DNA of 64,000 nt from Rhodospirillales bacterium. GTDB lineage: Bacteria > Pseudomonadota > Alphaproteobacteria > Rhodospirillales > JAPHRK01. Under the pieces are notes generated by a model. It saw only the letters and a program-made list of their open reading frames with translations, searched no databases and was not told the DNA's origin. Shown here in pieces: positions 19,321 to 29,687 of the stretch (positions within the stretch are counted from its first letter, which is position 1; each line of letters begins with the position of its first letter). The stretch lies in the NCBI GenBank assembly GCA_026196105.1, contig JAPHRK010000002.1, positions 140,566 through 204,565 of the forward strand, in the 5' to 3' direction. Made by a program: the position numbers and the translations under genes.

Positions 19321-20376
19321 ATGGAAAAAGATGCAGAACTCATTGACATTCGCCCTGACGAAATTCTGGATACAACCAGATTAGAGCCTTTCCTGAGAGA
19401 AAACCTTGAGGGAGCCAAAGGCCCTATGGAAGTCGCCCAATTCGGCGGGGGAAATGCAAATCTCACCTATATGATCGCCTTTGGTGAAAATGAGTTTGTA
19501 TTACGTCGCCCCCCCCTGGGACCTGTCGCTCCTTCGGCCCATGACATGAAACGTGAGCATCATGTTCTCGCCAATCTCTATAAGGAATACCCCCTCGCCC
19601 CCCGCAGTTTTCTCCTTTGTGAGGATCACGATATTATAGGGGCTGACTTCCATATGTTAGAGCGCAAGAACGGCATTGTTATTCGGGCAACCATGCCAGA
19701 GAAATTTGCTGGAAACCCTACCCTTAACCAACGTATTGGCCTTGCTGTTGTTGATGCTTTGGCGGATTTACACTCCCTAGACCCAAATAAAGTTGGACTT
19801 GGCGATTTAGGAAAGCCTGAGGGGTTTGTAGAGAGACAACTCACTGGATGGACCAAGCGTTGGCACAAAGCAAAAGATGCTGATAATCCAGACTTTGATC
19901 GCCTTGCCCAGTGGCTTTTAGATACCCGGCAAGAATCAAAATATACCACCTTGCTTCACAATGATTTAAAGCTCGACAATATGCTGCTCAATGCTGAAGA
20001 TCCCGGCAAGGCTGAGGCTGTTCTTGATTGGGATATGTGCACCCGTGGTGACCCCTTGATGGACCTTGGCAACCTTCTCAATTACTGGATAGATAGCACC
20101 GATCCCATTGAAAAAGGGTCCGTAACCTCTATGCCGACACAAGATGAAGGTTTTCCAACCCGCACAGACGTTGTTAAGCACTATACTGAGCGTACAGGGT
20201 TCAACACATCAAACATTGACTGGTACCACGCCTTTGGTGCCTTCAAACTGACCGTCGTTATCCAACAGATTTACATCCGGTATCTTAGAGGCCAAACTCA
20301 AGACAAACGATTTGCTGATTTTGGTATACGAGTACGTGATTTAATCAACAAAGGCATCCTTATCGCTGGCATTTAG
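19321..20376 (+). CDS. Aminoglycoside-phosphotransferase-fold kinase (ACAD10/11 N-terminal / LvaA-like type)
   Basis: ...QFGGGNANLTYMI...FVLRRPPLG...SAHDMKREH..., catalytic loop HNDLKLDN, DWDM. I prefer the ATG at 19321 (GAAGGAAG upstream). Confidence 0.85.
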   Translation: MEKDAELIDIRPDEILDTTRLEPFLRENLEGAKGPMEVAQFGGGNANLTYMIAFGENEFVLRRPPLGPVAPSAHDMKREHHVLANLYKEYPLAPRSFLLCEDHDIIGADFHMLERKNGIVIRATMPEKFAGNPTLNQRIGLAVVDALADLHSLDPNKVGLGDLGKPEGFVERQLTGWTKRWHKAKDADNPDFDRLAQWLLDTRQESKYTTLLHNDLKLDNMLLNAEDPGKAEAVLDWDMCTRGDPLMDLGNLLNYWIDSTDPIEKGSVTSMPTQDEGFPTRTDVVKHYTERTGFNTSNIDWYHAFGAFKLTVVIQQIYIRYLRGQTQDKRFADFGIRVRDLINKGILIAGI

Positions 20377-20523
20377 GGCAACACTCTTCGTTCAATCAAA
20401 TGAACTATACAAACGTAACGATTGACCAAGCTCATGTAATCTTACATTAGAGTAGATATTGTTGCGCTCGAAATTATCTGTAGGGGATAATTTTTTTTAT
20501 ACCTATCGCGCGTTGGGGGCGAT

Positions 20524-23500
20524 GTGGATTATTTGAATAAGCAAAAGCTCATCTTTGATGCTGCTCAAGTTGCTATCTGGGAACAAGATTTTACACAAGT
20601 AAAGTTTATACTGGCCAGTTATCGTGCTGCTGGGATTTCCGATTTAAAGCAATATCTGAACGAAAATATTTCGCTCGCCTGGGATTTAGCAGAAGCCGTC
20701 AAAACAGTTGACGTCAATAATGCCGCCCTAAAAATCTTCAATGCATCCACGATTGAAGATTTTGGATCTTCCATACATTTTACATTCACTGCAGCGACCC
20801 TAAAGTCTTTCATCAACCAAATATGTGCCATTTGGGACGGAGAAACTTTTTTCCGAGAGCAGGTCAGCATTAAAGCTCTGGATGGAAATGATTTAGAAGT
20901 CCTCCTTTCTTTGCCTATCCCTAAGACAGATGCTGACTATAAAAATGTACCTGTTTGTATTGTAGACGTAACTCGCTCTACCCTTCTTTACAGAGAGCTT
21001 TTAAAATCAGAGAAACAATATGCCGACATCATTAAGAATATGCCAGATGTCTACTACCGGACTGATGCTGAGGGTATAATTCAAGCCATTTCCCCTTCAG
21101 CTTTTGATGTGGTTGGCATTGAATCTCATCAATTAATTGGTCAACGAATGACGGATTATTATGTCAATTCAGATGACCGAGAAGAACTCATCAAAAAACT
21201 AACTGAAAAGCCTGGCGAAACAGTCGTTTTTGAGGCATATCTCCGCCACAAAAATGGCCACAACGTATATGTTTCAAGCAAAACGCGTCTCCTTCTCGAC
21301 CCTTCAAATCAAGTCATCGGTGTTGAAGGGATTGCGCGCGACGTTACAGAACAAAACAACATATCTCTTGAGCTTCAACTGAGCGATCAGCGGCTAAAAA
21401 CAACAATACAAGGGGCACCTGTCGTTCTCTTTTCTTTTGACCCTGATGGCATCATTACCCTTTCAGAAGGGAAGGGGCTTACAGCATTAGGACTGGAGCA
21501 AGGAGAGCTTGTCGGGCAATCAATTTTTGACCTTTACGACGATGAAACCATTCTTGAAAATACTCGAAAAGCACTTGCTGGCCAAAACGTCACTTCTGAA
21601 GTCACCTTAAATGGGGTTATTTTTTCCACGGCTCTGACACCTGTTATTGAGAACGAAAAACTCATCGGGGTAATCGGAGTTTCGACTGAGATCACCAAAC
21701 AAAAACAAGCAGAAGAATCTTATCGCCAACTTTTCCAAAACAGCCAAGCAATTGAACTTCTTATCGACCCTGTTTCTGGAAATATTATTGATGCAAACCT
21801 CGCTGCTGAGGAATTTTATGGTTATTCAATTGAGAAAATTAAACAGCTAAATATATCCGACATTAATACGATGCCTCGTATGATGTTGGATAAAGAAATT
21901 GAAAATGTCGTTCAAGGACAACGTAATCAATTTGATTTTAAGCACAAACTTGCAAGTGGCGAAATTCGCAGCGTTGAAGTCCATGCCAGCAATCTCGAGA
22001 TCAATGAACACAAACTTATTCATTCAATTATCTTTGACATCACAAACAGAAAAGAAACTGAAGATGCCCTGCAGATGCTCTACAAAGCCGTAGAGCAATC
22101 TCCTGATGCTGTCATGATTACCGATGCAGAAGGTATCATAGAATATGTTAACCCTTATTTTGAAGAAATTACAGGGTACCAAGAAAGCGAAGTAATTGGT
22201 AAAAACCCTAATATTCTAAAATCAGGAGAAACCCCACAGGATACCTATAAAGAGCTATGGGAAACCATTACCGAAGGTGGTATTTGGCGGGGCGAGCTGT
22301 TGAATAAGAAGAAAAATGGCGACCTTCTATGGGAGTTTGCGTCCATCTCTCCCGTATACGACGATGAGGGCAAACGAACTCATTACGTTGCCATTAAGGA
22401 AAATATTACGGAGAAAAAAAGGCAGGAAGAGATCATTCTGCACCAAGCCTATTTTGATAGTGTAACCGATCTCCCCAACAGGGTTCTTGCCGTCGACCGT
22501 TTATCTCAAGCAATCAAAGAGGCTAACAGAGAAAAAGAAAATGTCGCTCTCCTCTTTATTGATTTAGATGATTTTAAAAAAGTGAATGATTCCCTGGGCC
22601 ATGAAAGAGGCGATCAACTCTTGGTCAAAGCCGCTGCAAGATTACGATCCTGTGTCCGAGACGGTGACACTGTAGCGCGGCATGGCGGAGACGAATTTCT
22701 TGTTATTCTCAATAGCTTAAAAAACCCCTTAGATGCCGAAACCATTGCAGAAAAAATTCTCAGCGTCATGGCAGAACCATTTATTATTGGCGATTTAGAC
22801 GTCGTAGTGACTGCTAGTATTGGGTTAGCCCTTTATCCAAACGATGGTAAAACCCCTTCAATCCTCCTTAGAAATGCCGATACAGCCATGTACCGAGCAA
22901 AAGAAGAAGGACGCAATACATATCATTTCTTTGCTAAATTCTTGAACGACGAAGCCGTCCAACGTTTAGAAATGGAACGCAATCTTCAATTGGCATTAGA
23001 AAATGATGAATTTTTCCTGCAATACCAACCTCAGATAGATTCAAGAACAGGTAAATGTGTCGGTGCAGAGGCCCTTATTCGTTGGCAAAGCCCTAAACAT
23101 GGGCTCATCTCACCCGATCAGTTTATACCCACAGCGGAACAACTTGGACTGATCATCCCCATTGGAGAATGGGCATTACGGACGGCTTGTAAACAAGCAA
23201 AGCAATGGGTTGATGAAGGGGCCAAAGGTTTCAAAATAAGCGTGAACGTATCTCCCAGACAATTCAGAGGTTACGCCCTTGTTGGGGCTATTGAACTTGC
23301 CCTCGGAGAATCAGGTTTGCCTGTTGAGTGCCTTGAGATTGAAGTCACCGAAGGTCTGATGGTTCATAATCGAGATGAAACGAAGAATATCCTCAACAAG
23401 CTCCATGACATGGGCATCACAATTTCTATGGATGATTTTGGAACTGGTTACTCTTCCCTGAGCTATCTAAAGGATTTCCCGTTCGACAAGTTAAAAATTG

Positions 23501-23727
23501 ATCGTTCTTTTGTTGATGGCGTTGAAAATGACAAAGAAAATCAAGCGCTTGTCACAGCAGCTTCAGCAATGGCAAAAGGGTTAGGCCTTCAAGTCGTCGC
23601 TGAAGGGGTTGAAACACAAGACCAACTTAACTTCGTTAGTGGTCACGATTGTGAACTGATCCAAGGCTACTTTTATAGCAAGCCAATTTCACCACTAGAT
23701 TTCACCAAACTCCTCAAAGATATGTAA
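20524..23727 (+). CDS. Multi-PAS sensor with GGDEF and EAL domains (c-di-GMP turnover)
   Basis: 1067 aa, about five PAS-like repeats, GGDEF (RHGGDEFLV), EAL (EALIRW ... DDFGTGYSSL). GTG start. Confidence 0.9.
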   Translation: MDYLNKQKLIFDAAQVAIWEQDFTQVKFILASYRAAGISDLKQYLNENISLAWDLAEAVKTVDVNNAALKIFNASTIEDFGSSIHFTFTAATLKSFINQICAIWDGETFFREQVSIKALDGNDLEVLLSLPIPKTDADYKNVPVCIVDVTRSTLLYRELLKSEKQYADIIKNMPDVYYRTDAEGIIQAISPSAFDVVGIESHQLIGQRMTDYYVNSDDREELIKKLTEKPGETVVFEAYLRHKNGHNVYVSSKTRLLLDPSNQVIGVEGIARDVTEQNNISLELQLSDQRLKTTIQGAPVVLFSFDPDGIITLSEGKGLTALGLEQGELVGQSIFDLYDDETILENTRKALAGQNVTSEVTLNGVIFSTALTPVIENEKLIGVIGVSTEITKQKQAEESYRQLFQNSQAIELLIDPVSGNIIDANLAAEEFYGYSIEKIKQLNISDINTMPRMMLDKEIENVVQGQRNQFDFKHKLASGEIRSVEVHASNLEINEHKLIHSIIFDITNRKETEDALQMLYKAVEQSPDAVMITDAEGIIEYVNPYFEEITGYQESEVIGKNPNILKSGETPQDTYKELWETITEGGIWRGELLNKKKNGDLLWEFASISPVYDDEGKRTHYVAIKENITEKKRQEEIILHQAYFDSVTDLPNRVLAVDRLSQAIKEANREKENVALLFIDLDDFKKVNDSLGHERGDQLLVKAAARLRSCVRDGDTVARHGGDEFLVILNSLKNPLDAETIAEKILSVMAEPFIIGDLDVVVTASIGLALYPNDGKTPSILLRNADTAMYRAKEEGRNTYHFFAKFLNDEAVQRLEMERNLQLALENDEFFLQYQPQIDSRTGKCVGAEALIRWQSPKHGLISPDQFIPTAEQLGLIIPIGEWALRTACKQAKQWVDEGAKGFKISVNVSPRQFRGYALVGAIELALGESGLPVECLEIEVTEGLMVHNRDETKNILNKLHDMGITISMDDFGTGYSSLSYLKDFPFDKLKIDRSFVDGVENDKENQALVTAASAMAKGLGLQVVAEGVETQDQLNFVSGHDCELIQGYFYSKPISPLDFTKLLKDM

Positions 23728-23830
23728 TCCACAACAAAGGTGATAATGCTCAAAATTCTTTGTGGTTAATCTATTAAACTTGGAGTATATTTTCGGCTCT
23801 TACAGTTAATGCCGTTGGAGCTAACCTAGA

Positions 23831-25633
23831 ATGACATCCACCCTTCTCAGCCGCCGTGACCTTGAATTTCTCCTATATGAGCTTTTCGATGTTGAGTCCC
23901 TTAATAATCACGAACGATATAGTGATCACAACAAAGAAACCTTCAATGCTGTTTTAGACACAGCTGAGAAACTAGCCGTTGATCATTTTGAGCCTCATGC
24001 CGCGAAGCTCGACGAAGAAGAGCCAACCTTTGACGGGGAAAAAGTCCATATGATCCCTGAAGTAAAAGAAGCCCTCACCCAGTATTATGAAACGGGTATG
24101 TTAGCTGCGACGCACGAATACGATTTGGGAGGCATGCAACTCCCCATGACAGTCGCTATGTCAGCCAGTAGTTACCTCTCTGCAGCAAATGTCAGCACCA
24201 TGGGCTACCCGTTTTTATCAGGGGCCAATGCCAACGTCATAAAAGCATTTGGAACTGAAGAACAAAAAAACCTCTTTCTTGAGCCTCTTTTAACTGGGCG
24301 TTATATGGGCACAATGGCTTTGACCGAACCTCAAGCTGGCTCATCTCTTTCGGATATCAAAACCTCTGCAGTCCCCGGTAATGAAGGGACTTATTTGATA
24401 ACTGGCAATAAAATCTTTATTTCTGCGGGTGACCATGAGCTTTCAGAAAATATCGTCCATTTAGTTTTGGCAAAAATTAAAGGTGCTCCTCCAGGCGTTA
24501 AAGGTATCTCCCTCTTTATTGTGCCCAAGTATATGGTGAATGATGATGGGAGTTTAGGAGAGCGCAACGATGTTTCTCTTGCTGGACTCATCCACAAAAT
24601 GGGTTATCGTGGCACCACCTCAACCATGCTGAACTTTGGTGAAAACGGCGGAGCAAAAGGCTATTTGGTTGGAGAACCCCACAAAGGTCTTTCCTACATG
24701 TTCATGATGATGAATGAAGCTCGTATTGGCGTAGGCTTAGGCGCAGCCATTTTGGGCTATACAGGTTACCTTCACGCCCTTAAGTATGCCAGAGAACGCC
24801 CACAAGGTCGGCACCCCCAAGGAAAAGACGCTAACTCTCCCCAAGTTTCAATCATTGAGCATACGGACGTCAAACGGATGCTCTTAGCTCAAAAAGCTTC
24901 TGTTGAAGGGGGACTCGCACTTTGTCTATATGGAGCCCGGCTCTTAGATGACGAAATCACAGCAGAAAGCGAAGAAGAGCGCAAAGCCGCCAGCTTACTC
25001 CTAGAGATCCTAACACCTGTCATCAAGTCCTGGCCCTCCCAACATTGCCTAGAAGCCAGTTCTCTCGCCATACAGGTCCATGGAGGCTATGGCTACACAC
25101 GCGAATACCCCGTTGAGCGCCTTTACAGAGACAACCGCCTTAATCCCATTCACGAGGGTACCCACGGTATACAATCTTTAGACCTCTTGGGTCGAAAAGT
25201 TATGATGAACGATGGTGCCGCTCTTAAGGCTATTTTAGGCGAAGTAATGAAGACAGTCGGTGAGGCCAACCAAATTGAGGCAACAAAAGAGTTTGCCGAA
25301 AGCCTAAAAATGGCCGTCATTACCCTTCAGGAAACCACTTTGAACCTTGCGAGAGTTGCCATAGGAGGAAATGTGAATCTCTTCTTGGCGAACTCGGCTC
25401 TGTACCTTGAAGCTTTTGGACATCTTGTCGTCGCTTGGATATGGCTTAAGCAAGGTATTATCGCGGCACAAAAAATTGCAAATGCCACTAAAGAGGACCA
25501 GAATTTTTATCAAGGCAAGCTAGCTGCCTGCACATATTTTTTCCGTTGGGAGTTACCCAAAATTGAGCATCAATGCAAAGTTCTCTCTTCCCTGGACCCG
25601 ACCTGTCTCGAAATGCAAGACGCTCACTTCTAA
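23831..25633 (+). CDS. Long (600-aa) acyl-CoA dehydrogenase with extended C-terminal domain
   Basis: ACAD core (...MALTEPQAGSSLSD..., ...IQVHGGYGYTREYPVERLYRDNRLNPIHEGTHGIQ...) plus a ~150-aa C-terminal extension. Confidence 0.9.
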   Translation: MTSTLLSRRDLEFLLYELFDVESLNNHERYSDHNKETFNAVLDTAEKLAVDHFEPHAAKLDEEEPTFDGEKVHMIPEVKEALTQYYETGMLAATHEYDLGGMQLPMTVAMSASSYLSAANVSTMGYPFLSGANANVIKAFGTEEQKNLFLEPLLTGRYMGTMALTEPQAGSSLSDIKTSAVPGNEGTYLITGNKIFISAGDHELSENIVHLVLAKIKGAPPGVKGISLFIVPKYMVNDDGSLGERNDVSLAGLIHKMGYRGTTSTMLNFGENGGAKGYLVGEPHKGLSYMFMMMNEARIGVGLGAAILGYTGYLHALKYARERPQGRHPQGKDANSPQVSIIEHTDVKRMLLAQKASVEGGLALCLYGARLLDDEITAESEEERKAASLLLEILTPVIKSWPSQHCLEASSLAIQVHGGYGYTREYPVERLYRDNRLNPIHEGTHGIQSLDLLGRKVMMNDGAALKAILGEVMKTVGEANQIEATKEFAESLKMAVITLQETTLNLARVAIGGNVNLFLANSALYLEAFGHLVVAWIWLKQGIIAAQKIANATKEDQNFYQGKLAACTYFFRWELPKIEHQCKVLSSLDPTCLEMQDAHF

Positions 25634-25650
25634 AAAAGGAAATAGATAAA

Positions 25651-26502
25651 ATGACAGTTAAAAAAGTTGGGGTTGTTGGCGCAGGTATGATGGGGGCTGA
25701 AATTGCCTTTACCTTTGCTTTAGCAGGTCATCCCGTCTTGCTCAACGATACCTCTGAAGACTCACTCTCCACGGCAATGGATCGTCTCAAAAGTATACTA
25801 GACAAAGGGGTAGAAAAGAACCGCTACAGTGAAGAGCAACGCGAAAATACATTGGCTAATCTAAGGACAACAACGGACCTAAAAACCTTTTCAGATCGCG
25901 ACTTTATTATTGAAGCTGTTTTTGAGAATAAAGATGTAAAAGGTTCTATTTACACAAAACTAGATAACATTTGCAAAGATGAATGCATCATAGCAAGCAA
26001 CACCTCAACCCTCCCGATTACGGTTCTTGCTTCCTTCGTCAAACCAGAACGTCGCCCCTACTTTTTAGGGACACATTTCTTCTCACCTGTGTCGCGCATG
26101 AAACTTGTAGAAGTAATTCCTGCTCTGGAAACATCGGAAGAGATTTTTGAAGAAGTCATGGGTCTTTGCCGTAACGCTGAGAAAGAACCTATCCGGGTTA
26201 AAGATGTTGCCGGATTTGCCGTTAATCGCCTCCTCCACGCTTTCTTTATTGAAGCCGTTCGACTGGTCGAGGAAGAGGTGGCAACCCCTGAAGATATCGA
26301 CATCGCTTGTCGCTTAGGCCTTGGTCATCCTGTTGGTCCTTTTGACTTGATGGATATCGTAACCAACAATCTTTCTTTACAAGTCCAAGAAATTCTACAC
26401 GATGCTTACGGCCCTCGTTTTCTGCCACGCCCGAGGATGAAACAAATGGTTGAAGCAGGGTATAATGGCAGGAAAGCAGGCAAAGGTTGGCGTGTAAAAT
26501 AG
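25651..26502 (+). CDS. 3-hydroxyacyl-CoA (3-hydroxybutyryl-CoA) dehydrogenase
   Basis: Rossmann VGVVGAGMMGAEIA and a 3HCDH C-terminal domain. I prefer the ATG at 25651 (MTVKKVGVVG) over the overlapping 25573. Confidence 0.9.
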   Translation: MTVKKVGVVGAGMMGAEIAFTFALAGHPVLLNDTSEDSLSTAMDRLKSILDKGVEKNRYSEEQRENTLANLRTTTDLKTFSDRDFIIEAVFENKDVKGSIYTKLDNICKDECIIASNTSTLPITVLASFVKPERRPYFLGTHFFSPVSRMKLVEVIPALETSEEIFEEVMGLCRNAEKEPIRVKDVAGFAVNRLLHAFFIEAVRLVEEEVATPEDIDIACRLGLGHPVGPFDLMDIVTNNLSLQVQEILHDAYGPRFLPRPRMKQMVEAGYNGRKAGKGWRVK

Positions 26503-26526
26503 GCAACGAAACAATTGGGTAGGGAA

Positions 26527-28392
26527 ATGACTGAGCAAGTTGTAAGAATAAGAACTCTTCAGGATATCGAAGAGTTTGAAAAAACGCCTTTAGAAAAGAG
26601 ATTTTCTGAACGTAGCACTTATGAAATTATCAAGAATGCTGCAGCAAAGAATGGAGATAAAACTGCCATCTCCTTTCTCCCTACGGGTAGCGTGAACGAT
26701 GTTCCTGTTGAAGTTACGTTCAACACCCTCTTTGCACGTACGAACCAAACAGCAAACCTCCTCAATGATTTAGGGGTTGGAGATGACGCATCCGTATCCT
26801 TCCTACTTCCCAACCTACCTGAAACCCATTTCTTAATCTGGGGCGGTGAAGCAGCAGGGATTGTTAACCCAATCAATCCCTTGCTTGAACCTCATCAGAT
26901 TGCCGACATTATGATTGCCGCAAACAGCAAGGTATTGGTGGCTCTTGGCCCCCTGCCCGGCACAGAAATTTGGTCAAAAGCTGAAGCTGTTAAAGATATG
27001 GTCCCTTGCCTTGAAACCGTGATTCAGGTTCTCGGGCCGGGTGATGAAAGCAAAGGGATATTGTCATATGACAAAGTCATCGACAAATACCCCTCTGATA
27101 AGCTGACCAGCGGCAGAGAAATCAAACCAGATGATATTGCTGCCTATTTCCATACAGGTGGCACCACAGGAGCCCCTAAGCTCGCCCAGCACACCCATTT
27201 TGGTGAAGTTTTTGAAGCTTGGGCTATGGGACATATGATGGGCACGACTTCCACAGATGCCTTGATCTGTGGCCTTCCCCTCTTTCACGTTAATGCGGTC
27301 ATTGTTACCGGGCTAGCCCCCTTCATGTTTGGCGCCAGCGTGGTTATTCCGAGCCCTGCGGGTTATCGGACCCCTGTCGTTATTCAAGAGTTTTGGAAAA
27401 TTACTGAACGATACAAAGTGACCTTCTTTAGTGCGGTTCCGACAATCTACTCAGCTCTCCTCAATGTCCCTATAGGTGACACTGATGTCAGCAGCCTCCG
27501 AAATGCCATCTGTGGGGCTGCTCCTATGCCTGTAGAAGTGATAAAAGCCTTTGAAGAAACCAGCGGCGTTAAAATCCAAGAAGGTTATGGCCTAACCGAA
27601 GGAACATGTGCCAGTTGCGTTAACCCTAGCCAAGGCGAGCGGCGTACTGGTTCCATTGGCTTCCGTTTTCCTTATCAGGAAATGAAAGCTGTTAAAGTGG
27701 ATAACAATGGAGATTACCTAGCTGATTGTGGGATTGATGAAGTGGGTGTTATTTCCATAAGTGGCCCTAACGTTTTCCCTGGCTACAAACAGGAAAAACA
27801 CAACCAAGGTATCTGGGTTAAAGAGGGCTGGCTCAATACAGGAGACTTAGGTCGCGTTGATGCTGATGGATATTTTTGGTTAACCGGACGGGCAAAAGAT
27901 CTTATTATTCGCGGCGGACACAATATCGACCCAGCCCATATTGAAGAAACTCTCCACCAGCACCCAGCCGTTGAATTAGCTGCCGCTGTAGGAAAACCAG
28001 ATTCATATGCCGGAGAAATCCCTGTTGCTTATGTTTCCTTGAAACCAGGAGCCCGAACAACAACAGAGGAGCTCCACAAATATGCTAAAGAAAATATTAC
28101 AGAACGGGCAGCCGTTCCAGCCAATATATTCCTCTTGGACGCAATGCCAGTAACCGCAATAGGTAAAATCTTCAAACCCACCTTAAGGCACTATGCTATT
28201 CAGCAAGTTTTTAACGAGGTGCTGAAACCACTGGCTGATGAAGAAATTGATATTAAGGTGGAAGTGAATTCCCATGAGGTGAAGGGAACTTTAGCGTCGA
28301 TTAAGGTGAGGGGTGATTTAGGTAAAATAGAGACGCAGATCAAAAAAGAGATCGGCATATTTGCCGTCCCTTATGAAATTATTGCAGGGTAA
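26527..28392 (+). CDS. Acyl-CoA synthetase (AMP-forming, ANL superfamily)
   Basis: FHTGGTTGAPK, EGYGLTE, GDLGRVDADGYFWLTGRAKDLIIRGGHNI. I prefer the ATG at 26527 over the TTG at 26515. Confidence 0.9.
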   Translation: MTEQVVRIRTLQDIEEFEKTPLEKRFSERSTYEIIKNAAAKNGDKTAISFLPTGSVNDVPVEVTFNTLFARTNQTANLLNDLGVGDDASVSFLLPNLPETHFLIWGGEAAGIVNPINPLLEPHQIADIMIAANSKVLVALGPLPGTEIWSKAEAVKDMVPCLETVIQVLGPGDESKGILSYDKVIDKYPSDKLTSGREIKPDDIAAYFHTGGTTGAPKLAQHTHFGEVFEAWAMGHMMGTTSTDALICGLPLFHVNAVIVTGLAPFMFGASVVIPSPAGYRTPVVIQEFWKITERYKVTFFSAVPTIYSALLNVPIGDTDVSSLRNAICGAAPMPVEVIKAFEETSGVKIQEGYGLTEGTCASCVNPSQGERRTGSIGFRFPYQEMKAVKVDNNGDYLADCGIDEVGVISISGPNVFPGYKQEKHNQGIWVKEGWLNTGDLGRVDADGYFWLTGRAKDLIIRGGHNIDPAHIEETLHQHPAVELAAAVGKPDSYAGEIPVAYVSLKPGARTTTEELHKYAKENITERAAVPANIFLLDAMPVTAIGKIFKPTLRHYAIQQVFNEVLKPLADEEIDIKVEVNSHEVKGTLASIKVRGDLGKIETQIKKEIGIFAVPYEIIAG

Positions 28393-28584
28393 TTTTTTAC
28401 TTACCGCCTGGAGGTGTTTAGGGGTATTGCGATTGTCTTACGCCCTTTCCTCCGGATGCCGAACAGCCGCGCAACATCCCACATGAACCGTGAAAAATTA
28501 GTCATTTCCCTCTCCCAGGGTCTTCAAAGTTTAATCATATACGCAAACTATCCTTATGAGATAACTCTTAAACTCTTCTAAAGA

Positions 28585-28600
28585 TGTGATCTAAATCACA
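28585..28600. promoter_or_regulatory. Perfect CRP-type palindrome TGTGATCTAAATCACA in a convergent intergenic region
   Basis: Read directly from the sequence: TGTGA-N6-TCACA with no mismatch. Confidence 0.4.
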
Positions 28601-28695
28601 GTTTTCAATTAATTTTTACTGATAAACCCATTTTTTGTACTATTTTACATGCAGATGTACAGCAATTGCGTCCTCAGCGAACAAAAAATTGTATC

Positions 28696-29514
28696 CTACC
28701 AGTATTTCTCCATATGAAGATCTCCCTTTTCTCTCCCTTTCCCAACAACAAACTGTTTAAGTAAAAGCCGTTGCTCTGCATCTTCAATCATGGCCGGGTT
28801 TCCACATAAGAACACATGGCATTTACCACCACTGATGGGGAAACCACACAGCTCATCTAAACCATCTTCGTCTAAAATTGGAGGAAGCCGTCCTGTCCTT
28901 CCGCCCCAAGATGGATCATCCTTGGGGCGAGAGACAACAGGGACATATGAAAAATTCGTATAGCTTGCACTGAGAGACTCAAGCTCACGTCGATAACCTA
29001 AATCCCAAGAATAACTTGCACCATGGAGGACGGCAATTTTACGGTCAAAATCAGCTAATACTCGACTACGCAACATACTGATATAGGGCGCAAGGCCTGT
29101 TCCTGTAGCCACCATAAGCACATGGCTTTCTTCAGGGACTTTATCCAGGGTAAACAGTCCCTTAGCTTTTGGGCCAACAAATAATCGGCTCCCTTTTCGC
29201 ATCGTAAAAAGTCTGGGCGTTAAAGCGCCGTTAGAAACCAACGAAACATAAAATTCTATATAATCGGCTTGGATACTTCCAGATGATATGGAATAAGCCC
29301 GGCGGATCATAGGGTCAGCAGCCTGTTCCACCTCTTCTTCTAGGGCTGCTTCAGGAATACGGGGCTCGTCTTCAAGAAGCCCCAGCATGGTGTATTGTCC
29401 AGCTTTAAAACTAAGGTGCCCGTCATCCATACGCACACGATAAATCTTAATTTCCCCTGTAACTTCAATACATTCAATTACAGTCGCATTGTATTCAAAC
29501 TTACTCACTCTCAT
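28696..29514 (-). CDS. fpr: Ferredoxin-NADP+ reductase (bacterial Fpr type)
   Basis: 272 aa. FAD motif RAYSISS, NADP motif ATGTGLAP, C-terminal ...HMEKYW. Confidence 0.85.
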   Translation of the reverse strand: MRVSKFEYNATVIECIEVTGEIKIYRVRMDDGHLSFKAGQYTMLGLLEDEPRIPEAALEEEVEQAADPMIRRAYSISSGSIQADYIEFYVSLVSNGALTPRLFTMRKGSRLFVGPKAKGLFTLDKVPEESHVLMVATGTGLAPYISMLRSRVLADFDRKIAVLHGASYSWDLGYRRELESLSASYTNFSYVPVVSRPKDDPSWGGRTGRLPPILDEDGLDELCGFPISGGKCHVFLCGNPAMIEDAEQRLLLKQFVVGKGREKGDLHMEKYW

Positions 29515-29687
29515 GCAACCCTACCTAGTTATTTGTATATCATTTGCCCTATTACCCTTTAAGGACATAACGTCTTAGAGCACCCCATTCAAGGATGTTT
29601 AGAATAAAACTAAATTGATTTGAGATAGAGACAAACACATTCAATTTTGGTAAACTAACTAACTTGAAATATGGACGTTAATAAGAA

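Noticed and set aside
23728-23830. Weak inverted repeat CCACAA…TTGTGG after the GGDEF-EAL gene as a possible terminator
   Set aside because: Only 6 bp of stem, a ~25-nt loop and no U-tract, so not convincing.
28456-28581. 41-codon ORF (MPNSRATSHMNREKLVISLSQGL…) in the convergent spacer, ending 4 nt before the CRP-like palindrome
   Set aside because: It has no Shine-Dalgarno (the upstream sequence is CCTCC, the wrong strand sense) and no recognisable peptide features. It cannot be supported without conservation or Ribo-seq data.
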